From positions 1-41,770 of the forward strand of contig JAZDIG010000268.1 of NCBI GenBank assembly GCA_043805105.1: DNA of 41,770 nt, given 5' to 3'. This stretch comes from Candidatus Glassbacteria bacterium (GTDB taxonomy: Bacteria > Gemmatimonadota > Glassbacteria > GWA2-58-10). The position numbers were made by a program, and so were the translations under genes. The notes under the pieces are model-generated. The model did not search any database and was not told where the DNA came from. It saw nothing but the letters and a program-made list of their open reading frames with translations. Positions 29,889 through 39,236 of this stretch are shown here, one piece after another (the first letter of the stretch is position 1; each line of letters starts with the position of its first letter).

Positions 29889-29919
29889 CCATCACCTTCC
29901 CTGGTGAATAGTTGTGATT

Positions 29920-30564
29920 TCAGAACAATACCGGGCCCGGCTCCTGCCGAACGATCAAAACCTGTCCGGCGGTCAGTTCGGTGACCGCTGTGCGGAGGGA
30001 GTCGGCCCTGCTGGCTGCTACTGCAATATTCAGACCGACCCTGGCGCCGAATTCCCGAGATATCACGCGGCAGGGAAAGCAGTCCAGGAGATGGCTCACC
30101 GGGCCCAGGTGCGTGTAATCCAGGCTGAGATCGAACCGGGCCGCGGACATGCCTTTCCTGGGCGCGGCGGCGGCCAGCGCCAGGGCCGCCGCCTCTGAGT
30201 AGGCCCGCGCAAGAGGGCCGGTTCCGAGTTTCGTGCCGCCGAAATAGCGGGAGACCACCACCACCACTCCGGCCAGAGATCGGCCCTCGATCGCCTGCAG
30301 AATCGGAGTGCCGGCAGTGCCGGCGGGCTCGCCGTCATCGTCCCAGGCGAACGATTTCTCCGGCTCGGTAATCGAGCGCCAGGCCCAGCAGTGATGGGTG
30401 GCGTCGTGATATTTTTTCTCCTCGCCCAGGACAATTTTACCGGCTTCCCCGCGGCCGGGTGCACTAACGGCCACGGCGATGAAGCGGCTGCCCTTTACCC
30501 TGGTCTGGGCCCTGCCGGCCGTTCCGATCGTGAGCAGCAGGTCTTCATCCGGTATTTCGATCAT
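29920..30564 (-). CDS. yigZ: IMPACT/YigZ family protein (UPF0029)
   Basis: KGSRFIAVA, KYHDATHHCWAW, DDGEPAGTAGTPIL, VVVSRYFGGTKLG. Confidence 0.85.
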   Translation of the reverse strand: MIEIPDEDLLLTIGTAGRAQTRVKGSRFIAVAVSAPGRGEAGKIVLGEEKKYHDATHHCWAWRSITEPEKSFAWDDDGEPAGTAGTPILQAIEGRSLAGVVVVVSRYFGGTKLGTGPLARAYSEAAALALAAAAPRKGMSAARFDLSLDYTHLGPVSHLLDCFPCRVISREFGARVGLNIAVAASRADSLRTAVTELTAGQVLIVRQEPGPVLF

Positions 30565-30737
30565 CGGTTCGTACGGCTTCGGGTTAATACACTTTTGAAG
30601 GCAAACATGGAGGTTTCAATAAGGTAAATCTGTTCAAAGCCCTCATGCTCCTCAATTAATGAAAAAAGTTTGCCGGTGATGGTGGAACGCCAAAGCGTCA
30701 ACGTCTGAATCTTACGTCCAGCGGCCCGGCTGTTCTG

Positions 30738-31937
30738 TCATAGGGCAAACCACGGACGGACAAGCACTCCCGAACGCCTGAGAGACTGGTCTCCGCCGTA
30801 GATAAGAACAGCCGGAGTATCCGGCTCGCACGACACCATCCGCCAATAAGCAAGCATGTCGAAGAAGTCAGATGCCACTGTTTGTGCCGACTTGATCTCC
30901 ACAGGTATCAGCCTGGTTCCATTTTCGATGATAAGGTCGATTTCATGACCCGCCGCGTCGCGCCAGAAGTAAAGCTGGGGTTGCTCGCCCCGATTCATGA
31001 AGTTCTTGTAGAGCTCCGAGACTACGAAACTCTCGAAGACAGCTCCCCGCTCGGCCCGGTGGAACAACTCTTCCGGAGAACGAACCTGGAGCAAATAGCA
31101 GAGGAGCCCAGTATCCAGAAAGTAAAGCTTGGGGCTTTTTATCAGCCGCTTACCGAAGTTCCGGTGATGAGGCCGCAGAAGCGTGATGACAAAACTGGCC
31201 TCCAGTACGGAAATCCATCGCCTGGCTGTCGTGTGCGAGATACCGCAATCAGACGCCAGCCCCGAAAGGTTGAGTAATTGACCGGTTCGGCCGGCGCAAA
31301 GCCGCATGAACCTGCCGAAAGTCTCGATGTCCCCGATGTTCAGGACGTTGCGCACATCCCGCTCGAGGTAGGTCTGGTAGTAATTAGCCAGCCAGTCGCG
31401 CGGGGGCAGATGCTTGTCGTGGATGCGCGGGTAGAAACCCGTAAACAACGTCTCCATCAATTCTGCCTTGGGTGGCTCCAGGTTTTTCAGGACTGCCTTG
31501 CCCGGTGCCAGGAGAGAGATGGGCTTCCGACCGGTCAACTCGGACAGAGAGAACGGCAACAGGTGAAGCACGGCGCACCTGCCGGCCAGGGACTGGGAAA
31601 TGCTTTGCAGGAGCAGGAAGTTCTGCGAGCCGGTCAAAATAAACCGGCCTGTCCGATCCGGCTCCTCGTCGACAATGACCTGGATATATGAGAACAACTC
31701 GGGGGCCCGCTGGACCTCGTCCAGGACGACCGGGCCGTCGAACTGGCCGAGGAAGCCGCGCGGGTCTTCCAGGGCGAAGCTCCGTTGATCCGGGAGCTCC
31801 AGGGACTGATAATCGTACTCTTTGAATACGGCTTTAACCAGCGTGGTTTTGCCGGATTGCCGCGGCCCGGTCACGGTGACCGCGGGGAATTGTTTGGCTG
31901 CCTCTTTGAGCCTTATCGCTAAAGTCCGTTTGATCAT
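30738..31937 (-). CDS. AAA-superfamily ATPase with a C-terminal DUF4143-type region carrying a PD-(D/E)XK-like motif (COG1373-like)
   Basis: Walker A GPRQSGKTTL and Walker B VVLDEVQ. C-terminal GHEIDLIIE...IPVEIKS fits D...E-x-K. G+C is visibly lower than in the neighbours (hand counts 29-31 of 60 in sampled lines). Confidence 0.8.
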   Translation of the reverse strand: MIKRTLAIRLKEAAKQFPAVTVTGPRQSGKTTLVKAVFKEYDYQSLELPDQRSFALEDPRGFLGQFDGPVVLDEVQRAPELFSYIQVIVDEEPDRTGRFILTGSQNFLLLQSISQSLAGRCAVLHLLPFSLSELTGRKPISLLAPGKAVLKNLEPPKAELMETLFTGFYPRIHDKHLPPRDWLANYYQTYLERDVRNVLNIGDIETFGRFMRLCAGRTGQLLNLSGLASDCGISHTTARRWISVLEASFVITLLRPHHRNFGKRLIKSPKLYFLDTGLLCYLLQVRSPEELFHRAERGAVFESFVVSELYKNFMNRGEQPQLYFWRDAAGHEIDLIIENGTRLIPVEIKSAQTVASDFFDMLAYWRMVSCEPDTPAVLIYGGDQSLRRSGVLVRPWFAL

Positions 31938-31957
31938 GCCGGCCTCTTATATGACAG

Positions 31958-31976
31958 TTGAATATTCAATGTTCAA
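31958..31976. repeat. 12-bp perfect palindrome TTGAATATTCAA plus an adjacent third TTCAA half-site (operator-like)
   Basis: TTGAATATTCAATGTTCAA lies between the -10 candidate and the start codon of the ATPase gene. Confidence 0.5.
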
Positions 31977-32003
31977 TTTACACGACCAAGCTATGCTTGT
32001 CAA
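31975..32003 (-). promoter_or_regulatory. promoter candidate TTGACA-N17-TAAATT for the ATPase gene
   Basis: Consensus -35 on the minus strand at 31998-32003 and -10 at 31975-31980. AAGAGG SD before ATG 31937. Confidence 0.5.
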
Positions 32004-32248
32004 GGTGTATCTACCGTCGTTCCATTGCAGCATCCGATCTTAGCGGCCGGGATGTGTCGCATTTTAAAGAATGTTGCAAGGCAATGAATTGTGAGATACC
32101 TTGCCAGGTGAGCATGGTCAAAGTGAAGATTACAGGCTGGGAGCCTTTCAATTCAGGACAAATTTCAGGCTGACTCTATCAAATACCTTCTAAACGCGTT
32201 CTGCACCGTCTCCTTTGAGATGTCACAAAAAGCACCATCCTTCCGGAG

Positions 32249-34684
32249 CTATGGCTTGGACGGCACAGGCTTGGCCGCTCTCTCCGCCGGTACGGCGGGT
32301 TTACCGGGCAGGGCTGAGAAGTACTCCTTTTCGATTTTTTCCTTTTGCTCAGGGTGGGCCGCGGCGGCCAGCCGGAAGTAAGCGATCGCGCTGTCCGTTT
32401 TACCGGCCTCGGCGAATAACTTGGCCAGATTCAGGCAGGCATTCAGATTGCCCGCATCCAGCCTCAGCGCCCGGCGGAAAAGGCTGTCGGCTACAGCCGG
32501 CCGGCCGGTCTGGACCTCCAAAGTTCCGGTGTTGATCAGGATCGGAATTCCATCAGGCTCCAGGTCGAGCGACCGGTAGTTATAGTTTTTGGCGGATTCC
32601 AGCGCACCCCGTTTCTGGCAGATCCAGCCCAGCATCTGCAGGCCGGCCTTGTCGTAAGGATCGGCTTCGAGTACGAGTTCGTAGTAGCCGGCAGCTTCCT
32701 CCAGCCGGTTCATCTGGTAATATACCATGCCCAGCATCCGTAGCGATCCCAGGTCGAGCCTGGTTTGTTCGAGATTTTTCTTAAGCAGGCTGATTGCATC
32801 TTCATACTTCCCCATTTTCTGATGAGCCTCGGCCATCAGCATACGCCAGCGCATCCGGTTGCCTGCCGCGCTTTCGATCCTTTTCAGAGTCATCTCGGCA
32901 GCCTCTGGCCGCTCCTCTTCCAGATAATAGAGGGCCAGGTCGAGTACGGCATTCGTGTTTTCCAGGCCGCCTTCGAGGTATCTTTCCAGGCTGAGGATGG
33001 CCTTTTTTCTTTCTCCGATCATGCGCATTATCATGGATATTTCGTAAAGCGACTCGCGATCCTGGCTCCGGATCAGCTTATCCAGCAGCTCGAGCGCCGC
33101 CTCGGGATGCTTATAGACGGCAAACAGTCTGACTCCCTCGAGTTCTACCGTGGCGATCGGTCGAGCTTTGCGGCATAAGAGCCAGTCCTGTTCGCCGAAC
33201 AGTCCCTGGCGGTAGTACTGGAGGATGTAGTTCACGTTGGCGTTGCGAAATTTGAGCGAAGGCTTGAGCCAGCCGATCCGCTGCAGGAATCCGTAGTGCC
33301 AGACATTCTGGGCGAATACTACGGAGGAGTCGGCCACGGTGCGATTGATCGTCCGGCAGGTTTCCCGGTTGAAAGCATCCCACCAGTAGGTAGTCTCCAT
33401 CCCCAGGGCGAAGGCTCCACGGACGCCGCCCGCCAGGCTGTTGTAATAGCTCAGCTCGAATGGATGAATCCGGCCGAGGGCATACAGCGAACCGCCCACC
33501 ATCAGTGCCAGCAGGGCGTAAGCCGTGAGCGCCGCCTTTCTGACACTCGTCCCCAGCGCCGGGAGGATTTTCCGGGGGAGGCTATCGGTGACGAATTGGT
33601 GGAAGCCCTTGGCCGACAGCGCCGCCAGGAAGGCGAAGGAGGACAGGAACAGCCGGACACCGTCGTGGCCGGGAGAGCTTGGCAGAATCATCACCCCGTG
33701 CAGCACCGCCCAGTGGAGCAGCAGGTGTCCGGCCCAGGGGTCATCCGCGGGGCGACGAAGCACGCGGTAAACTCCGTAGATGAATCCGGTCAGCACCAGC
33801 GGCTGCACTGTGAAAAGCGTATAGACCAGACTGTGATGCCAGGGCAGGAAAAAATCGTAATGCCGGCCCAGGTAATAGGTGGGAATGTGCAGGTAAGAGG
33901 AGCGGTCGGCGCTCTTGACCAGGTAATCGCTTACCCGGCTGAATGTATCCACCCACCATTCCGGGTTGAGGCCGATCATGATCAGGGGACTCACCACCAG
34001 CGCAAGGCCTATCGGCCAGGCGGCCTGCCTGAACCGCCGGGTGGCGATCACGTAGAGGACCAGCGGCAGGGGGATGACCAACGCGGTAAATTTGGTGGCC
34101 AGCGCCAGCCCGTACACAATCGCGAAAACCAGGGACCACCTGCGCGACTCCAGGCCACGGTGAAATGTCACCGCCGAGGCGAACCAGAGAAAAGTCAGCG
34201 GCATGTCGGTCGCCCCGCAATGGGCGTCGCCGAACAGCCTGGGCATGGTCGCCAGGGCCGCGGCCGCCCACAGGCCGGCGGCCGTGCCGTATCTGCGGCC
34301 CACAGTCCAGCAAAGCAGGCCCACCAGGATGGAAAACATCACCGCCGGCGAAACCCGGTAGGCGGCCATGGCGCCCAGCCGGGATTGGAACAGGACGAGA
34401 GTGAGCGAGCTGCAGAGTTTATAAAATGTCGGATGGACGTTGTACACCACCTGGAAGTGCCAGTGCCGGTCGATCGTTTCCCGGGAAAACGGCCGGGACC
34501 AGTCGCCGCCAGCGAAATCCTTCCAGGCCTGCCCGATCCAGGCGATCTCCTGCTGGCACGACTCGTAGTAGTGCGGCTCGTCCGTGGTTATGCCGATATC
34601 CTCGATTGTCCAGAGGACGGCGGCCAGGGAAACGAGCGCAGCCAGAATGGAGATGAAGGCGAGTCGGCGTCCGGAATTATCCAT
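32249..34684 (-). CDS. GT39/PMT_2-like (ArnT-type) membrane glycosyltransferase fused to C-terminal TPR repeats
   Basis: About 480 aa with many TM helices and an N-terminal loop TTDEPHYY. The C-terminal roughly 300 aa contain repeated TPR-like A..Y...L...P motifs. Confidence 0.75.
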   Translation of the reverse strand: MDNSGRRLAFISILAALVSLAAVLWTIEDIGITTDEPHYYESCQQEIAWIGQAWKDFAGGDWSRPFSRETIDRHWHFQVVYNVHPTFYKLCSSLTLVLFQSRLGAMAAYRVSPAVMFSILVGLLCWTVGRRYGTAAGLWAAAALATMPRLFGDAHCGATDMPLTFLWFASAVTFHRGLESRRWSLVFAIVYGLALATKFTALVIPLPLVLYVIATRRFRQAAWPIGLALVVSPLIMIGLNPEWWVDTFSRVSDYLVKSADRSSYLHIPTYYLGRHYDFFLPWHHSLVYTLFTVQPLVLTGFIYGVYRVLRRPADDPWAGHLLLHWAVLHGVMILPSSPGHDGVRLFLSSFAFLAALSAKGFHQFVTDSLPRKILPALGTSVRKAALTAYALLALMVGGSLYALGRIHPFELSYYNSLAGGVRGAFALGMETTYWWDAFNRETCRTINRTVADSSVVFAQNVWHYGFLQRIGWLKPSLKFRNANVNYILQYYRQGLFGEQDWLLCRKARPIATVELEGVRLFAVYKHPEAALELLDKLIRSQDRESLYEISMIMRMIGERKKAILSLERYLEGGLENTNAVLDLALYYLEEERPEAAEMTLKRIESAAGNRMRWRMLMAEAHQKMGKYEDAISLLKKNLEQTRLDLGSLRMLGMVYYQMNRLEEAAGYYELVLEADPYDKAGLQMLGWICQKRGALESAKNYNYRSLDLEPDGIPILINTGTLEVQTGRPAVADSLFRRALRLDAGNLNACLNLAKLFAEAGKTDSAIAYFRLAAAAHPEQKEKIEKEYFSALPGKPAVPAERAAKPVPSKP

Positions 34685-34704
34685 TGCTCACAGTGTTACC
34701 GTAG

Positions 34705-34724
34705 GGGCGACGCATGCGTCGCCC
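34705..34724. repeat. perfect 20-bp palindrome GGGCGACGCATGCGTCGCCC
   Basis: Self-complementary by inspection. It lies 21-40 nt upstream of the GT39 start codon on the minus strand. Confidence 0.9.
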
Positions 34725-34926
34725 TGTAATCCTTATTAGTCTTACGAACGTAATAAATAATACGGGCCGGGGCATTTGGAAATAACGGGAATAAAATCGA
34801 GAGCCTGACAGTCGAGTCAGATGTACCGGTAAACCACGAGGCAGGGGCGGAGTTCAATGCCGGGTGGATCGAAAGCGCGTCCCGGCTTCCGGAGGGCGTA
34901 ACTCGAAGCTCCGGCGAAGATTAATG

Positions 34927-34955
34927 TTGACAGCGCCCGCACTGAAAACTATTTT
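34927..34955 (+). promoter_or_regulatory. sigma70-type promoter for the tRNA (TTGACA-N17-TATTTT)
   Basis: Same hexamers and spacer as the promoter at 8016-8044, 32 nt upstream of the tRNA 5' end. Confidence 0.55.
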
Positions 34956-34986
34956 TCGTAGCCTTTTACCGTAGATGAAATCTATT

Positions 34987-35063
34987 GGCGGAGTAGCTCA
35001 GTTGGTCAGAGCAGCGGAATCATAATCCGCGTGTCGGGGGTTCGAATCCCTCCTCCGCTACCA
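34987..35063 (+). tRNA. tRNA with CAT anticodon (probably elongator tRNA-Met), CCA encoded
   Basis: Acceptor GGCGGAG/CTCCGCT (G1-U72), anticodon arm GCGGA-ATCATAA-TCCGC, T arm GGGGG-TTCGAAT-CCCTC. It lacks the initiator features (no 1:72 mismatch, no GGG/CCC in the anticodon stem). Confidence 0.88.
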
Positions 35064-35068
35064 GGAAG

Positions 35069-35111
35069 AAGCCCGCATTTCTCTGCTTTCAGGGAAATGC
35101 GGGCTTTTGTT
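35069..35111 (+). terminator. intrinsic terminator after the tRNA
   Basis: Stem AAGCCCGCATTTC / GAAATGCGGGCTT followed by TTGTT (T-rich). Confidence 0.8.
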
Positions 35112-35259
35112 ATTGCCGGGCCGGTAATAAACGACAGTGCACGGTATGAGTTTATAAAATAGTACCTGGTCATCGGCAAAAAGGGTATTTTCTGCATGGG
35201 AATCAATAAACGCCGGCGTTTTCGGAGTGCGTTTTCACTAAAACGAGGAGGGACCGCTC

Positions 35260-36102
35260 ATGTTGCGAGGACTCGGCAGGACTATCGCCGCCGCTGCAAT
35301 CCTAACCGTTTTCTGCCAGCAGACGATCAAAGCCCAGGATACCCCATCCGGTCAGACCGTTCCCATAAACGGGATGCAGATGTACTACGAGGACTACGGC
35401 CGGGGCGAGACCCTGGTGATGCTGCACGGGTTCACCGGCAGCAGCCAGGGCTGGCATCCGTTCATCGAGGAGTTTTCGGCCCATTACCGTCTGATAATCC
35501 CCGACCTGCGGGGCCACGGCCGCACGAATAACCCCTCGGGCAAGTTCACTCACCGCCAGTCAGCGCTCGATATCTATGCCCTGCTGGATAAGCTCGGGAT
35601 CGACAAGTTCCGGGGAATCGGCTCCAGCACCGGGGGCATGACCCTGATCCACATGGCCACGCAGCAGCCCGAGCGGGTGGAGGCAATGATCCTGCTGGGC
35701 GCCACCATTTATTTCGGCGAGCAGGCGCGGGAGGTCATGCGTGGCCGGTCGCCGGACAGCATCCCCGCCGAGCGGATCGAGCAAATGCGCAAGACCCATA
35801 AGCTGGGGGATGAACAGATCCGGTCGCTGCTCCGTCAGTTCTACGACTTCAGGAACAGCTATGACGACATGAATTTCACCGCACCCTTCCTTTCGACAAT
35901 CAAGGCCCGGACCCTGATCGTGCACGGCGACCGCGACCAGTTTTTCCCCGTCTCGATTCCGCTTGAGATGTATAGTTCCATTCCCCATTCCTATCTCTGG
36001 ATCGTGCCCAACGGCGGCCATTCTCCTATAAACGCAGATAATAATGCGCTGTTCAGGAAGCTCGCCCTTGAATTTTTAGGAGGGGAGTGGGAAAAGAAGT
36101 AA
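35260..36102 (+). CDS. secreted alpha/beta-fold hydrolase
   Basis: Signal-peptide-like N-terminus, HGFTGS oxyanion motif, nucleophile elbow GSSTGG, and late HGDRD and GGH motifs. Confidence 0.85.
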   Translation: MLRGLGRTIAAAAILTVFCQQTIKAQDTPSGQTVPINGMQMYYEDYGRGETLVMLHGFTGSSQGWHPFIEEFSAHYRLIIPDLRGHGRTNNPSGKFTHRQSALDIYALLDKLGIDKFRGIGSSTGGMTLIHMATQQPERVEAMILLGATIYFGEQAREVMRGRSPDSIPAERIEQMRKTHKLGDEQIRSLLRQFYDFRNSYDDMNFTAPFLSTIKARTLIVHGDRDQFFPVSIPLEMYSSIPHSYLWIVPNGGHSPINADNNALFRKLALEFLGGEWEKK

Positions 36103-36119
36103 CACGCACCGGGATGGCT

Positions 36120-38390
36120 TCAAATGTTCCAAAGGTAGGTGACCTTGACCAGCAGGAGCCTGTCGCTGAGGGAGTCCGGAGTGTCGAAAGTGCGGTCGCG
36201 GTTTTCGTTGAAAACCAGGTAGATGTGGCAGCGCGGGCGGTAGATGTAGTCGACCAGGAGGTTCGAGCTGAGCCGCCGGTCGGCGTCGTTCCACTGCAGG
36301 TAATACTTGGCGAACAGTTCGGTGGTGAAAGAATAGGTGAAACGGCTGGCCAGAACATTGGCGTGCACCGAACCGTGGCGCAGGTCCAGCCTTTCGTTCC
36401 GGTATTCGAGGCTGACGCTGAGATTTTTGCTCACCTTCGTTTCGTTATTCACCGAAAAAGTCGTGCTCCTGCCATCGTAGAGGTCGCCCCAGCGGTAGCC
36501 GATCCCGCCCGCAAAGCGCCTGGAGCGGTAGGAAGTGAACTGAACGTTCTGATGGAAGCCGGAATAGCCTCCCCGCTCGAGCAGAATCTCGCGGATGTTG
36601 TCATCCGCCGGAAGGTACTCGTGGAGCAGGTGGATCGTATAGGACAGGGCGTCTTCGCTGGCGAAATTAAGGTAGAAGTTGTAGCGGTTTTCCCGGTAGA
36701 CCTGGGTGCCGTGGTGGTCGGTCTTTAATTCGAGGTCGTTGACGAAGGAAGTGCTCTTGAACAGGTCGTTGTTGATCCACTTGGTCAGTCCCAGGCTGGC
36801 ATCGTAGCTGCGGACGTTGCCGCGCCGCACGAAGCCCATCTCCGGCTGGAAGAGACTGTCGACATGGGTGTAGTGCAGCGCTACGTCGATCCAGTCTTTG
36901 TTCAGGATCGCGCCCGCATCGCCCGCCCACTCGCCGCCCGCGACGTTCGGGTTGAAGGTGCGGGCCAACGAGCCGCTGATGAAGAGTTCCGGGGTGAGCG
37001 AGAAAAAGGCCTCGCTGCCGAAAGCGCGGGAGTAACTGTCCGCTGAGGTCTGCCGGTTGAGCAACATCAGGCCCACATAGCCGTTGGTCAGCAGGTCCCT
37101 TCTGATCTTGATCGCCGTGAAATTGCTGGAGGGTTCGGTGGTGCTGTCGTCCAGGGCGGACCGCTCGCTCTGCATGTTCATGATTCCAATCGAGTAGCGG
37201 CCCGCCCGCCCGGTGATCTTGGCTCCGCCCAGCAGCGGTATTTTCTTTTCGTTCCTTATCCCGACCGTCCGCGATTCGAAAAGCTTGAACTCCTCCGAAC
37301 GGGTCACGCCGACGAGCGAGCCGCCGGCCTGCAGGCCGGTCCCGAAAGTGAACAGGCCGGCGCTCTCCAGAAAGAATTCGCGTTTTTCCGGGAGATTGAC
37401 GTTGAAGCGGGTGAGGTTCAAGACCTCCTCATCGGCTTCGGCCTGGGCGAAGTCGGTCTTGTAGGTGAAATCGAAAGTCAGCCGGGGGGTGACGTGGTAA
37501 CGGACGTCCAGGCCGCTGTCCAGCCTCGAATCCCGTTGATACGGCTCGTTGATCCAGGTCCTGCCGGTCGAAACGTAGGGCTGCACTTCGAGGTTCAGCG
37601 CAGGGCCGGGAGGACGGATACCGCTGAGCCGGGCGAAAAGAGAGCCCTTGAACTTGCCGTTATGGCCCAGTCCCCGCGGGATGGGAGCCAAATAAGTTAC
37701 TTCCTTGGTGTGCTTGATTTCCCTGGTGATGTTCAGTCCCCAGTCCACGGTCTGGCCGGCGCGGTATTTGAGCGATTTGAAGGGAATGGCCATCTCGATG
37801 GTCCAGCCGCTGTCGCCCACCGTGGCTTTGCAGTACCAGATACAGTCCCAGCTTTTGTTGATGTGATCTCCTTCATCGCTGATAATGGCGTCGATCTCGG
37901 CGCCGAACGGGTTGGTGCCGAATGCGTAGCAGTTGCGCTTGTCCTGAAAAGTGTCGATCAGCAGCTCGAAGGCGTCGTCGGTCAGGAAGTTGCCGTCGCG
38001 GCGCTTGACCGAGGCGAAGATCTTCGCCGGGTCGGTATCGTAGCAGACCGCGCCGAAATAGATGTTGGCCTGGTCCTGGATGACTCGCAGTTCGGTGAGC
38101 TGGCTGGAAGGTTGCCGGTCGAGCGGTTCCTGCTGGAAGAAACGGCCCACCCAGGGTTCGGCATCGGCCCAGGCCGCCTCGTCAAGCCGGCCGTCCACCA
38201 CCACCGGCTGGTGGGTGGGGCGCACCGTGACTACAATGTCATCTCCCGAAACCGGCGGCGCCGGCCGGGTATTTTCGGCCCGGAGAGGTGAAACAGTATC
38301 GAGGAGCTGTAAAAGCGGGAAGATGAACAGGATTCGCAGAACTACCGGCAGGCCAAAGCATTTCAACTTCAAATTGTCACCAAGCGCCAT
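36120..38390 (-). CDS. large envelope protein with an N-terminal CBM9-like domain (DUF5916-like, probable beta-barrel)
   Basis: Signal peptide, VDGRLDEAAWADAEP motif typical of CBM9-like modules, and a long beta-strand-rich C-terminal region. Start set at ATG 38390; the track ORF start at 38606 overlaps the upstream gene. Confidence 0.7.
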   Translation of the reverse strand: MALGDNLKLKCFGLPVVLRILFIFPLLQLLDTVSPLRAENTRPAPPVSGDDIVVTVRPTHQPVVVDGRLDEAAWADAEPWVGRFFQQEPLDRQPSSQLTELRVIQDQANIYFGAVCYDTDPAKIFASVKRRDGNFLTDDAFELLIDTFQDKRNCYAFGTNPFGAEIDAIISDEGDHINKSWDCIWYCKATVGDSGWTIEMAIPFKSLKYRAGQTVDWGLNITREIKHTKEVTYLAPIPRGLGHNGKFKGSLFARLSGIRPPGPALNLEVQPYVSTGRTWINEPYQRDSRLDSGLDVRYHVTPRLTFDFTYKTDFAQAEADEEVLNLTRFNVNLPEKREFFLESAGLFTFGTGLQAGGSLVGVTRSEEFKLFESRTVGIRNEKKIPLLGGAKITGRAGRYSIGIMNMQSERSALDDSTTEPSSNFTAIKIRRDLLTNGYVGLMLLNRQTSADSYSRAFGSEAFFSLTPELFISGSLARTFNPNVAGGEWAGDAGAILNKDWIDVALHYTHVDSLFQPEMGFVRRGNVRSYDASLGLTKWINNDLFKSTSFVNDLELKTDHHGTQVYRENRYNFYLNFASEDALSYTIHLLHEYLPADDNIREILLERGGYSGFHQNVQFTSYRSRRFAGGIGYRWGDLYDGRSTTFSVNNETKVSKNLSVSLEYRNERLDLRHGSVHANVLASRFTYSFTTELFAKYYLQWNDADRRLSSNLLVDYIYRPRCHIYLVFNENRDRTFDTPDSLSDRLLLVKVTYLWNI

Positions 38391-38444
38391 CGCGTAGTTT
38401 CCCCCGGGCCGGAAGAGCCATAGCCGAGATCGCCAAACCGGACA

Positions 38445-38473
38445 AAAATACCATCCCGCGGCTTTTGAGACAA
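38445..38473 (-). promoter_or_regulatory. promoter candidate TTGTCT-N17-TATTTT for the DUF5916-like gene
   Basis: Read on the minus strand, about 55 nt upstream of ATG 38390. The -10 hexamer is the same as in the two tRNA promoters. Confidence 0.35.
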
Positions 38474-38523
38474 TGTTCTTGAACTGCGGAGCGGATCGGC
38501 GCTGATCCAGGGGCGGCGGCGGA

Positions 38524-39078
38524 TCAGGTGAGGTACTTGAGGGGATCGGTGATTTTGGCTTTCGGGCTGAGATTGCGGTAAAATACCATGACTTTTTCCT
38601 TTTCAACGGCCCAGCGCTCGTTTGCCTGGTCTTCTTCTTTCGCCTTCTGGTGGAGTATAGGCCGGGTTTGGCGGCAGGTCGCCAGGACTTGCCGGTAGAA
38701 ATGCTTGCGCCCGTCTGCGACTTTCCACTTCTGCTCGAAATTGGTCCTCATCTGGCTGATAGTCCGCTTGTCGAGGAGCGTTTCTGTGGACTTTTCGATC
38801 TCCTTGCGCAGGGTCAGCAGCAATTCCCTCAGCTCTTCGCGAAATGAATACAATTCGGCTTTAATGGACTTGAGACTTTCCTCGATGTGCTGGAGCTCCT
38901 TGAGAGCATCGCGGCTGCCTTCCAGCGCCTGGATGTACTGCAGGCGGATGACCCGGGCATTGCGCAGCATGATTTCGTAGCTTTCAATTTCCTTGAGCAG
39001 CTTGCGTTGATTGGCCAGGCGTACGTAAATGACACCCAGGAAAAACAGGATCACGACTGAGGGAATGATGACTTCCAT
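38524..39078 (-). CDS. hypothetical N-terminally membrane-anchored coiled-coil protein
   Basis: One TM segment (VIIPSVVILFFLGVIYV) followed by heptad-rich E/L/K sequence. A strong promoter candidate lies upstream. Confidence 0.6.
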   Translation of the reverse strand: MEVIIPSVVILFFLGVIYVRLANQRKLLKEIESYEIMLRNARVIRLQYIQALEGSRDALKELQHIEESLKSIKAELYSFREELRELLLTLRKEIEKSTETLLDKRTISQMRTNFEQKWKVADGRKHFYRQVLATCRQTRPILHQKAKEEDQANERWAVEKEKVMVFYRNLSPKAKITDPLKYLT

Positions 39079-39126
39079 GTGGTTTTTCTTTCCGGAGTGG
39101 GGTGGAGTGGATTATCTCCGGATCTT

Positions 39127-39156
39127 ATTCTACCGGATGATGAAATCCGCTGTCAA
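39127..39156 (-). promoter_or_regulatory. promoter candidate TTGACA-N18-TAGAAT
   Basis: Consensus -35 (39151-39156) and near-consensus -10 (39127-39132) on the minus strand, about 48 nt upstream of ATG 39078. Confidence 0.5.
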
Positions 39157-39236
39157 GTAAAGGTTTTTCAGTCGCGGAAGCGATTGGCGGGAAATTCAGC
39201 ACTGACAGGGGGGCCGGCGGCCCAAATCGTCGCGAA

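Noticed and set aside
31958-32173. 71-aa Cys-rich ORF (+ strand) in the AT-rich spacer upstream of the ATPase gene.
   Set aside because: It has no SD, starts inside the promoter/operator of the divergent-strand gene, and shows no recognisable family or codon bias. It is probably fortuitous, but a genome-wide small-protein search could revisit it.
35208-35221. 14-bp palindrome AAACGCCGGCGTTT in the hydrolase 5' region.
   Set aside because: It is short and would form only a 5-bp stem as RNA. It has no flanking promoter context I can support and is likely chance or a minor UTR hairpin.
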